Source: Thermoanaerobaculia bacterium
GTDB lineage: Bacteria > Acidobacteriota > Thermoanaerobaculia > Gp7-AA8
Length of the DNA: 64,000 nt
Assembly (NCBI GenBank): GCA_963719365.1
Contig: OY970380.1
Location: forward strand, 3,506,144 to 3,570,143
Direction of reading: 5' to 3'
The position numbers and the translations under genes were made by a program. Each line of letters opens with the position of its first letter. The stretch's first letter is position 1. Below are positions 24,428 to 32,710 of the stretch, piece by piece. The notes beneath the pieces were generated by a model. The model ran no database searches. It had not been told where the DNA came from and saw only the letters and a program-made list of their open reading frames with translations.

Positions 24428-24858
24428 ACAGGTCTCCCCAGAATCCGTTCCGCGGCCAGTTGCGCCAGCGCTTCGGATTCACGAACGATCTTCGCGCGCG
24501 CTTCGACGACATCCTGTTTGAGCCGTTCGTCGGCTTCGCTGACGATGGCATTGGCGTCGTTGTGCGTTTTTTCGACGATGGAGGTGCGATACGCGGCCGC
24601 GTCGCGGCGGAAGTGATCGCGCACGTCGGCGGCGGCGTGCCGCGCGGCGTGAAGCTGATTCTCCATCAGCGACGTTGCTTCGCTGAATCGCATCATCGAC
24701 TGTTCGTAGAGGTCGTTCGCGGAGCGCACTTCTTCCTCGCGCGCCTCAATCACGTGATTGATGGGCCGGAGAAAGAATCTGCTGACGATCAGGTAGTTCA
24801 GGATGAAAATCACCATGATCGCGAGCAGAGAGTAATCGGGCGTCAGATTGATTTGCAT
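24424..24858 (-). CDS. ATP synthase F0 b' subunit
   Basis: MQINLTPDYSLLAIMVIFILNYLIV TM segment followed by a coiled-coil. Start is taken at the MQINL ATG at 24858. Confidence 0.65.
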   Translation of the reverse strand: MQINLTPDYSLLAIMVIFILNYLIVSRFFLRPINHVIEAREEEVRSANDLYEQSMMRFSEATSLMENQLHAARHAAADVRDHFRRDAAAYRTSIVEKTHNDANAIVSEADERLKQDVVEARAKIVRESEALAQLAAERILGRPV

Positions 24859-24960
24859 AGACTGTTTTGGAGCCGGAAAAACCGGCGCGTGAGAACCGCG
24901 CCGAACCCCGAGGCGGCGGTTGTATACCACAAGGGAAAGAACGTTGTCACCTCGCCGGTT

Positions 24961-25542
24961 GTGCGCGCTGTGCCGGATAAAAGCTCAACGGAAACGTATA
25001 TCAGCGTCCTCGAGCGCGCTGACGAATTCTTTCGAGACGTTGCCACGTCGCAGCCGCAAAGCCTGCAATGCGGGCGGGGATGTTCGCTCTGTTGCTACGG
25101 CATCTTTGAGATCGGCTCGGGCGATGTGCCACTTCTCGCGGAAGGGCTGGAGAAGCTTCATCACAAACGACGCTCGATGATCATTCGCCGAGCCCGCGAG
25201 ATCGTGTCGTCGTTCGCGCACCCCGATCTTCGCGATTGCACGCCGGCCGAAAAGGATGCGTTCTTCGAGCGCACGAAAGCGACGCCCTGTCCCAACCTGA
25301 ATGAGCGCGGCGAGTGTCTGATGTACGAGCACCGGCCGCTGGTCTGCCGCACGTTCGGTCTTCCGCTTCGCGATGGTGATCGCTACATCGGCGACATCTG
25401 CGAGCTGAATTTCCGCGATGCCTCGCAACCGCAGCGCGAGAAAGCCGCCTGGGACCTTCAATGGGAAGACGTTCTCGGCGCCGAGGACGAATACACGATT
25501 CCCGAGGCCATCGTGTTGATTGCGCGGATGCGCGGCTGGTGA
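24961..25542 (+). CDS. YkgJ-family zinc/iron-chelating Cys-cluster protein (UPF0153)
   Basis: CGRGCSLCC motif plus downstream Cys (CPNL, CRTFGLP). Only the part of ORF 24460..25542 downstream of atpF2 is taken as real. The GTG start at 24961 is a guess. Confidence 0.45.
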   Translation: MRAVPDKSSTETYISVLERADEFFRDVATSQPQSLQCGRGCSLCCYGIFEIGSGDVPLLAEGLEKLHHKRRSMIIRRAREIVSSFAHPDLRDCTPAEKDAFFERTKATPCPNLNERGECLMYEHRPLVCRTFGLPLRDGDRYIGDICELNFRDASQPQREKAAWDLQWEDVLGAEDEYTIPEAIVLIARMRGW

Positions 25543-25662
25543 GGTATTGCGCGGAGCGCGTTGTCGGTTGTCGGTTGGTTGCGCTACGCGCGTTGTGAGA
25601 ACGGTTTTGACAACGCGGCGGAGCCGCAATCAACCGACAACTGAGAACGCGCGGAGCGCCAC
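25543..25662. repeat. composite hairpin built from CGCGTTGTCGG/CCGACAACGCG units between convergent genes (repeat family 2, copy A)
   Basis: CGCGTTGTCGGTTGTCGGTTGGTTGCG pairs imperfectly with CGCAATCAACCGACAACTGAGAACGCG. Both are flanked by direct GCGCGGAGCGC(G/C) repeats. Confidence 0.5.
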
Positions 25663-26034
25663 CTACGCCTTTGACGCGATGTTCGTCACCGTCGCAGGCT
25701 TCTTGTCGCCCATCACGCAATTGCCTTGGAAGATGGCGCCTTCTTCGATGATCAGCGCGGGTGTGTCGATGTCGCTGTAGACCTTGCCGTTGCGGTGGAT
25801 CTCCACGCGCTGGGCGGCCACGATCTTGCCGACGATCGTGCCGCTGATGGCGATGCGTCCGACGTGGACGTCGCCTTCGATATGCGCGCTCTCGCCGACG
25901 ATCAGCTCATTCTTCGACACGATCTTGCCGTTGAAGCGGCCGTCGATGCGCATCGTGTCTTCGAACTCCAGCTCTCCGTGAAACGACGAGCCGCGGTCGA
26001 GAAAGCCATTCAGTTCACCACTCTTGTTTTTCAT
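25663..26034 (-). CDS. bactofilin-family cytoskeletal protein
   Basis: Repetitive beta-helix pattern (IDGRFNGKIVSKNELIVGESAHIEGDVHVGRIAISGTIVGKIVAAQRVEI). Confidence 0.7.
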   Translation of the reverse strand: MKNKSGELNGFLDRGSSFHGELEFEDTMRIDGRFNGKIVSKNELIVGESAHIEGDVHVGRIAISGTIVGKIVAAQRVEIHRNGKVYSDIDTPALIIEEGAIFQGNCVMGDKKPATVTNIASKA

Positions 26035-26140
26035 TTCTGTCCCCATGCCTTTCTCTTTTCCCGGTATCCGGAGCCCGCGCAGGATCAGCAGGAATCCGAA
26101 GGCGGCAACCATCACCGCTGCGGCGACCAGGAGCGTAACG

Positions 26141-27016
26141 CTAACGGCGCCTTCCCATCAGCTCATCGACGACGCGAATGAGCTCGTCTTCGCTGCCATA
26201 ACGAATGTGGATCACGCCCCCGCGGCGCCGCCGATCGATTTCTACTTTTGTACGTAAAGTCCTTTGCAACTTGTCTTCCGCGTCGCGCGTGAAGACATCC
26301 TTTTCTTTTTCTTTCTTCTCCACAGCTTTCGGAGAGCTCTCCGACGCCAGCATTTCCGTCTGGCGGACGTTGAGATTCTTCCGGACGACGCGGTCGGCGA
26401 GCTGCTCCTGTTTCTTCGGCGACTCGATCGCCAGCAGGGCACGTGCGTGGCCCATCGAAAGCTGCCCGGCGGCGAGCAGTTTCTTCACCGAATCGGGCAG
26501 CTTGAGCAGGCGCAGGAAGTTGGCGACGGTCGATCGCTCCTTGCCGACGCGCTTCGAGATCTCTTCCTGCGTCAACTGGAACTCGTCGTGGAGCTGGTGG
26601 TATGCAAGCGCCTCTTCGATCGGGTTGAGGTCCTCGCGCTGGATGTTTTCGATGAGCGCGATTTGAAGAGCATCGCCTTCCTGCATCATCTCTTTGATGA
26701 GCGCAGGAACGGTCGTCAGGCCGGCCTTCTGCGCCGCGCGGAAACGGCGCTCGCCGGCGATGAGCTTGTACTTGTCGCCGGCGCGCGTGACGACGAGCGG
26801 CTGAACAATCCCGTGCTCGCGTACGCTCCGCGCAAGCTCTTCGATCGAGGCTTCGTTGAACGTCTTTCGCGGTTGGTAAGGATTCGGTTGAATCTGCGAG
26901 ATGGGAATCTCGGCCAGTCCCTGCGTGGCGTGCGCCTCGGCAGGCGCCGGTGGCTGCTCCTGACGCTGAGGGATCAGCGCGCCGAGACCGCGTCCGAGGA
27001 CTTTTTTCGGTTGCAT
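26141..27016 (-). CDS. parB: chromosome partitioning protein ParB/Spo0J
   Basis: ParB box GLTTVPALIKE...IENIQREDLNPIEEA and HTH region. Confidence 0.9.
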   Translation of the reverse strand: MQPKKVLGRGLGALIPQRQEQPPAPAEAHATQGLAEIPISQIQPNPYQPRKTFNEASIEELARSVREHGIVQPLVVTRAGDKYKLIAGERRFRAAQKAGLTTVPALIKEMMQEGDALQIALIENIQREDLNPIEEALAYHQLHDEFQLTQEEISKRVGKERSTVANFLRLLKLPDSVKKLLAAGQLSMGHARALLAIESPKKQEQLADRVVRKNLNVRQTEMLASESSPKAVEKKEKEKDVFTRDAEDKLQRTLRTKVEIDRRRRGGVIHIRYGSEDELIRVVDELMGRRR

Positions 27017-27783
27017 CAGATTACGTTCTCCGCACGCTGAATGAACTCGCGAGCCAGGCTGACGTACGCCTCGCTGCCGCGCGAACGGATGTCGTAAAGG
27101 ATAATCGGTTTGCCAAACGATGGCGCTTCGCTGAGCCGGACGTTGCGCGGGATGACCGTGCGGTAGACCTTGTCGCCGAAGTGTGTGCGGACCTCTTCCG
27201 CGACCTGGCGTGTCAGGTTCATCCGGTCGTCATACATCGTGAGGACGATGCCCTCGACCTCGAGACCGGGGTTGACCGCTCCCTGCACGCGCTCGATCGT
27301 GGCGAGCAGTTGCGAGACGCCTTCGAGCGCGAAGTACTCGGTCTGGAGCGGAACGAGGACGGAATGGGCGGCGGTGAGTCCGTTGACGGTGAGCAAACCC
27401 AACGATGGCGGGAGATCAATGAAGACGTAGTCGTAGTCGGCGGCGACGGGATCGAGGACGCGTTTGAGGTAGTACTCGCGGCCGATGGCCTCGCGAAGCT
27501 CGACTTCCGCGGCGACGAGATCGACCGATCCGGGCGCCACAAACAATGTTGGGATCTCGGTCGGACGGACGATGTCTGCAAGCGGCATCTTCTCGATCAG
27601 AACGTCGTACATCGATCGTTCGGCGTCAAGGATTCCGACGCCCGAGGTGGCGTTGGCCTGCGGGTCGAGATCAACCAAAAGCACGCGCCGCTCGCATGCG
27701 GCGACGGAGGCGCCGAGGTTGATCGCGGTCGTCGTTTTGCCGACACCCCCCTTTTGGTTCGCGAGCGCGATGATCTTTGTCAT
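27016..27783 (-). CDS. parA: chromosome partitioning ATPase ParA/Soj
   Basis: Deviant Walker [20 protein letters not shown]. Start is taken at the ATG at 27783. Confidence 0.9.
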   Translation of the reverse strand: MTKIIALANQKGGVGKTTTAINLGASVAACERRVLLVDLDPQANATSGVGILDAERSMYDVLIEKMPLADIVRPTEIPTLFVAPGSVDLVAAEVELREAIGREYYLKRVLDPVAADYDYVFIDLPPSLGLLTVNGLTAAHSVLVPLQTEYFALEGVSQLLATIERVQGAVNPGLEVEGIVLTMYDDRMNLTRQVAEEVRTHFGDKVYRTVIPRNVRLSEAPSFGKPIILYDIRSRGSEAYVSLAREFIQRAENVI

Positions 27784-28388
27784 GAGTGTTCCACGTGGAA
27801 CGCAAGCGTAACCAAATAATTCGAGGTGCCACGAGGAAGTGTGAAAACGTTCGCTTTCCGGAAGCCGCGGATGATCGGAACATCCGCAGAGCCCTGAAAA
27901 AGCGCCACCTGCCCATCGGCCGCCATCCATTTCCCGAGTGACGGCACCCACTCTTCGGGATTTCCAACGGCGCGCGATGTCACGAGGGAGAATTGAAGGT
28001 GGGGAGGAAACTGCGTCACAGCGCGCGCCAATCTATCACCGTAAACCACAGCGTTCAATTCGCAGGCCCGCACGATGTGTTTCAGAAAAGCCCACTTCTT
28101 CTTGTCCGATTCGACCAGATGAAAACGCGCCGCGGGCGAAACGATGGCCATTGGAATCGCGGGCAATCCCCCGCCGCTACCGAAGTCTAGGACATCGCCT
28201 TGGGGCTTCAGAATGCTGGCCGCGGCGACCGCTTCGGTGATGTGGTCGTCGATATTTGCGACCGCTTCCGGGCCGATCAAGTTGATCCGCTCGTTCCAGC
28301 GAAGGAGCTCACGTTTGTACGTTTCCAGCCGTGACGTTTGCTCCGAGGTGTCGTCGGGAACGCTCGGATCACTGCTTGTGCGCCGCAT
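27780..28388 (-). CDS. rsmG: 16S rRNA (guanine527-N7)-methyltransferase RsmG (GidB)
   Basis: SAM-binding [17 protein letters not shown] and conserved gene order with mnmG. Confidence 0.85.
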   Translation of the reverse strand: MRRTSSDPSVPDDTSEQTSRLETYKRELLRWNERINLIGPEAVANIDDHITEAVAAASILKPQGDVLDFGSGGGLPAIPMAIVSPAARFHLVESDKKKWAFLKHIVRACELNAVVYGDRLARAVTQFPPHLQFSLVTSRAVGNPEEWVPSLGKWMAADGQVALFQGSADVPIIRGFRKANVFTLPRGTSNYLVTLAFHVEHS

Positions 28389-28409
28389 TCTGAGATCCTT
28401 CGCTGATGC

Positions 28410-30317
28410 TCAGGATGACACGGCGGCAGGTTCGGCCTGCGAGGCAACGACGTTCCCGCGCCGCACATGCATGCGAACAATCGAGATCGCCGCGGGTGTC
28501 ACGCCCGGGATCCTGCTGGCCTGGCCGATGGAGATTGGGCGAACGGCGCTTAGTTTCTCGGTCATCTCGCGCGAGAGTCCGGGAAGCCGGTACGACATCT
28601 CCGCCGGAATCTTCATCCCCTCTTCTTCTGCCGATCGCGCCGCTTCGCGCTGCTGGCGATCGATGTAACCGGCATAGCGAAGCTGCGAGACGACGCCATC
28701 CAGCTCTTCATCGCTGAGCTGACCGAACAGATTCGCGAGCGCCGGAAACGTCTCTTCCGCCGCGGTCACGAAGCGCGCGATATCGAAATCGGCGCGCTGC
28801 ATCAAGCGCGCAATCGTCGCTTTTTCGTTCAGCGTCACGCCGGCCGCGTTGAGCCACGCCAGTGTTTCGCGATCTGGAGTGACTGCCACCGACTCCGCCA
28901 CTTCCCTCGCCTGCCGCATCCTTTCCACGCGGGCATCGACACGCTTCCGGCGCTCGTCGTCGAGGATGCCGAGGCGTGCTGCGATCGGCGAAAGACGCTC
29001 GTAGACGGAGTCGCATCCGAGCAGAAGACGATGCTCCGCGCGCGACGTGAACATGCGATACGGCTCCTCGGTGCCCTGCGTGACGAGGTCATCGATCATC
29101 ACGGCCGTATAGGCCTGATCGCGGCGCAGAACCACCGGCTCGCTACCGCGAATCTGCTGGAGCGCGTTGATGCCGGCGAGCAGCCCTTGCGCCGCCGCCT
29201 CTTCGTATCCCGAGGTGCCGTTGATCTGGCCGGCGAGGAAAAGGCCTTCGACACCACGCACCTGCAGCGTCGGGTCGAGCTGTTTCGGATTCACGAAGTC
29301 GTACTCGACCGCGTAGCCATAGCGCGCGATGACCGCGTTTTCGAATCCAGGCAGCGATCGCACGACGGCGTCCTGGACGTCCGCGGGCAGCGAGGTGGAG
29401 ATGCCGTTCATGTAGAGCCAGGGATGCTGAAGACCTTCCGGCTCGACGAACACCTGGTGCCGCTCTTTGTCCGCAAAACGCACGACCTTGTCTTCAATCG
29501 ACGGACAGTACCGAGGTCCCGTGGCGTGGATCTGTCCGGAGTACATCGGCGCGCGATGAAGGTTCGCGCGAATCAGGTCGTGGGCAAACGCGCTGGTGTA
29601 GGTCAAATGACAAAGGATCTGCGGCAACGGCAGCCGATCGGTCAGTATCGAAAACGGACGCGGACGATCATCGCCCGGCGCCTCCTCCAGCTTCGAAAAA
29701 TCGACGGAGTTGCGATCGACGCGCGGCGGGGTGCCGGTCTTGAGCCGTCCGAGGTCGAGACCGAGATCTCGCAAGGAATCGGACAAAGTCTCCGCTGCCG
29801 GCTCGCCGAAGCGGCCGCCGGCGGTTTGCATTTCGCCCGAGTGCATCAGCGCGCGAAGGAAGGTGCCGGTCGTCACGATCACGGCGCGGGCATCGAGCTT
29901 CGAGCCATCGCGAAACAAGACGCCGCGTACGGTTCGGTCATCAAACAGAAGCGCCGAAACGGAGCCTTCGACGATCGTGACGTTCGGCTCGGCAGCCAGA
30001 ATCTGCTGCACGGCAGCGGCGTAAAGATCGCGGTCGCACTGCGCGCGCGGCCCCTGAACGGCGGGCCCTTTGGAACGGTTGAGCACCTTGAATTGGATGC
30101 CGGCCTGATCCGTCGCCTCCCCCATCAGTCCGCCGAGGGCGTCGATTTCTTTGACGAGGTTGCCTTTGGCGAGGCCACCGATTGCGGGGTTGCACGACAT
30201 GCGTCCGATGGCATCGCGCAGCATGGTCACGAGCGCGACGCGCGCACCGCCACGTGCGCAAACGCGAGCTGCTTCCGCGCCGGCATGGCCACCACCGATA
30301 ACGATCACATCAAACAT
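28410..30317 (-). CDS. mnmG: tRNA uridine 5-carboxymethylaminomethyl modification enzyme MnmG (GidA)
   Basis: FAD-binding MFDVIVIGGGHAGAEAA, 635 aa, typical GidA length and context. Confidence 0.95.
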   Translation of the reverse strand: MFDVIVIGGGHAGAEAARVCARGGARVALVTMLRDAIGRMSCNPAIGGLAKGNLVKEIDALGGLMGEATDQAGIQFKVLNRSKGPAVQGPRAQCDRDLYAAAVQQILAAEPNVTIVEGSVSALLFDDRTVRGVLFRDGSKLDARAVIVTTGTFLRALMHSGEMQTAGGRFGEPAAETLSDSLRDLGLDLGRLKTGTPPRVDRNSVDFSKLEEAPGDDRPRPFSILTDRLPLPQILCHLTYTSAFAHDLIRANLHRAPMYSGQIHATGPRYCPSIEDKVVRFADKERHQVFVEPEGLQHPWLYMNGISTSLPADVQDAVVRSLPGFENAVIARYGYAVEYDFVNPKQLDPTLQVRGVEGLFLAGQINGTSGYEEAAAQGLLAGINALQQIRGSEPVVLRRDQAYTAVMIDDLVTQGTEEPYRMFTSRAEHRLLLGCDSVYERLSPIAARLGILDDERRKRVDARVERMRQAREVAESVAVTPDRETLAWLNAAGVTLNEKATIARLMQRADFDIARFVTAAEETFPALANLFGQLSDEELDGVVSQLRYAGYIDRQQREAARSAEEEGMKIPAEMSYRLPGLSREMTEKLSAVRPISIGQASRIPGVTPAAISIVRMHVRRGNVVASQAEPAAVSS

Positions 30318-30360
30318 GTTTCACGTGGAACAGCACCTCGTCCGGAGGCATTCTGCGTCG

Positions 30361-31680
30361 CTATTTCCCAATGCAGAATTTGGTGAAGATCTCCGTAAAG
30401 ATGTCACTTATCGTGATCGCGCCGGTCAGAAGCGCGAGCGCCGTAGCGGCGCGGTAGAGGTCGACGACGATGATCTGCTCGTCGAGGCCGGCGTCGATCG
30501 CGCCAAGCGCAACCGTCAGCGCCTCGGTGCATTGCGTCACCGCGCTCAACTGCCGCTCGTTGACGAGGCTGCCCTCGGGCGCAGCGAACTCGTCGCGCAC
30601 AAGTCCGTCGAGTCTCGCCAGGAGTTGTTCGATTCCGATACCGGCAGTCACGCTGATGCCGAACGTGCCAACCGGCGGCGCCGCTTTGTCGATCTTCGTG
30701 TAGATGAGGATGGCATTCGGAAACGCGGCCATCTCATCCTCAGCTTCCAGACCTTCGGACGCATCGACCAGATAGAGAATGATGTCCGCTTGGCCGGCGG
30801 CCTCGCGCGCGCGGGCGACGCCGATCTCTTCGACGACGTCGCCACTCGCTCGCAAGCCGGCCGTGTCCGCGATCGTCACCGGCAAACCACCTATCTCGAT
30901 TGTTTCGCTGACGATGTCGCGCGTCGTTCCTGGAATCGGCGTGACGATGGCGCGCTCGCTACCGACCAAGCGATTCAGCAGCGTCGATTTTCCGGCGTTC
31001 GGCCGCCCGAGGATGACGGCGTTCAATCCCGAGGTCGTGGCGCGGCCGCGGCGATACGTCTCGCCCATCGCTCGCGTCTCGGCGATCGCATCAACGATCC
31101 GGGCACGGGCATCTTCGCGCGTGATGAACTCGTAGCCCTCCTCCGAAAAATCGAGCGCGGCCTCGAGTCGGGAGATGACGTGGAGGAGCGTGTCGCGGAT
31201 CGACGTCGCGCGGCGGCTTAGCACTCCATCGAGATTGCCGAGCGAGAGTTTGGCCTGCAGCGCGGTTCGGGAGTTGATCAGATCCGCGATTGACTCGGCC
31301 TGCACGAGATCGAGCTTTCCGTTCAACACCGCGCGCTCGGTGAACTCGCCGGGTTGGGCGATCCGCGCGCCCAGCTCGACGACCGCTGCGATCACGCGCT
31401 GCACGAGCAGCGGACTGCCGTGAAGCGTCAGCTCGACAAGATCGTTGCCGGTAAACGAATGCGGCGCGGCGTAGCGAACGGCCACGCAATCGTCGAGCAC
31501 GTCACCATTATTGTGTAAGGTGATATGGGTCGCTTGCCGTATCTCTGGTAAGCCGCCACCGAGCGTTTGCAGAATGGCCGCGCTGCCCGACCCATCGATC
31601 CGGACGATGGCCAGCGCTCCCCTGCCGAGCGGCGTGGCGGGAGCGACGATCGTGTCGAGGACTGGTGGTTCGGTTGACAA
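30361..31680 (-). CDS. mnmE: tRNA modification GTPase MnmE (TrmE)
   Basis: G1 GRPNAGKSTLLN, G3 DTAG, and the C-terminal CIGK tetrapeptide. Confidence 0.9.
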   Translation of the reverse strand: MSTEPPVLDTIVAPATPLGRGALAIVRIDGSGSAAILQTLGGGLPEIRQATHITLHNNGDVLDDCVAVRYAAPHSFTGNDLVELTLHGSPLLVQRVIAAVVELGARIAQPGEFTERAVLNGKLDLVQAESIADLINSRTALQAKLSLGNLDGVLSRRATSIRDTLLHVISRLEAALDFSEEGYEFITREDARARIVDAIAETRAMGETYRRGRATTSGLNAVILGRPNAGKSTLLNRLVGSERAIVTPIPGTTRDIVSETIEIGGLPVTIADTAGLRASGDVVEEIGVARAREAAGQADIILYLVDASEGLEAEDEMAAFPNAILIYTKIDKAAPPVGTFGISVTAGIGIEQLLARLDGLVRDEFAAPEGSLVNERQLSAVTQCTEALTVALGAIDAGLDEQIIVVDLYRAATALALLTGAITISDIFTEIFTKFCIGK

Positions 31681-31692
31681 GTTGAGTAGCTC

Positions 31693-31805
31693 GGTTACTG
31701 GGTTGCCCAGTTACTGGGTTGCCCGGTCGCTGCGTTTGCTCAACATGTCCTAACTGAGCAACTGAGCAACCTGGTAACCCAGCAACCCGCAAACAACCCG
31801 GCAAC
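31693..31805. repeat. intergenic hairpin element made of GGTTGC/GGTTAC units on one arm and GCAACC units on the other (repeat family 1, copy 1)
   Basis: GGTTACTGGGTTGCCCAGTTACTGGGTTGCCC ... GAGCAACCTGGTAACCCAGCAACCCGCAAACAACCCGGCAAC. Lies between mnmE and jag. Confidence 0.5.
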
Positions 31806-32695
31806 TACTCTGCTTGTTTTTGCCGGCGAAGAATCGCCACGCGTTTGTAAAAGCCATCGCCGCGCGATTCGGTCGTCACGTCGGCGTCTTCCTGCAACGT
31901 GAGATGCACGATGCGGCGTTCGATCGGCGTCATCGCCGGCAGGAGCTGCTCGCGCCCGTTCGTGCGAACCTCGTCCGCAAGATCGCGCGCCTTCTCTGCA
32001 AGTTGTTCCGTGCGACGCTCTTTGAACGCTTCGCAATTCAGCTCGATCTCTTTTTCGACAGTGTTGCCAACGAGCGCTTTGTTGCTCAGAACCTGGATCG
32101 CGTCGAGCAGCTCGCCGTGTTGCTCGGTGAGCAGGCGCGCATCGGCGCCAAACAGCCGCACGATGATCTGCGTCTCATTCTCCTCGGTGCGAATCACGAG
32201 CTGCAGATTCGCGAGCTCGATCACGCGCGCGAGCCACGTGCGCGCGACGCCGGCCTGCTCCGACTCCGGTCCCTGCTCGGGAATCTCGCCTGCGAAGCGC
32301 TCGAAATCGCCGGTCTGAAAATCGTCACCATGCTCGCGGCGCGGTCCTCGGCCACGATCGCCGCCGGAGCGTCCGCTTCCACCGCGTCCATCGCCACCTC
32401 GTCCTCGGCCGCGATCCCTGCCGCCTCGACCGCGGCCACCACCACCGCCGCCCGGGCGGCGCGACGGCGCGCCCTGCGAAGACTGACCGTACGCAGCGCT
32501 GGGCGACGATTCCGCCGGACGCGATACCGCGGCGTCGTTCACCTCGGCTTCGACGACGATGCGCTTGAACCCGCCGAGGAAGCCGCGCTTCTCGAGGACG
32601 ACGTGGTAGGTGAGTTGATCGCGGGACACACCGAACGCTTCGGTGGCCATCGTCAACGCTTCGTCGAGACTCTTACCTTCAAATCGCTGAGCCAT
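31805..32695 (-). CDS. jag: Jag/KhpB-like RNA-binding protein (Jag_N, KH and R3H) with an inserted Gly/Arg-rich RGG segment
   Basis: N-terminal Jag-like domain, KH-like region, and the C-terminal R3H signature (IERRIVHLTL...GDGFYKRVAI). Conserved position downstream of yidC. Gly/Arg low-complexity insert at about residues 80-125. Confidence 0.75.
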   Translation of the reverse strand: MAQRFEGKSLDEALTMATEAFGVSRDQLTYHVVLEKRGFLGGFKRIVVEAEVNDAAVSRPAESSPSAAYGQSSQGAPSRRPGGGGGGRGRGGRDRGRGRGGDGRGGSGRSGGDRGRGPRREHGDDFQTGDFERFAGEIPEQGPESEQAGVARTWLARVIELANLQLVIRTEENETQIIVRLFGADARLLTEQHGELLDAIQVLSNKALVGNTVEKEIELNCEAFKERRTEQLAEKARDLADEVRTNGREQLLPAMTPIERRIVHLTLQEDADVTTESRGDGFYKRVAILRRQKQAE

Positions 32696-32710
32696 TGCTG
32701 TTCCGCTCGA

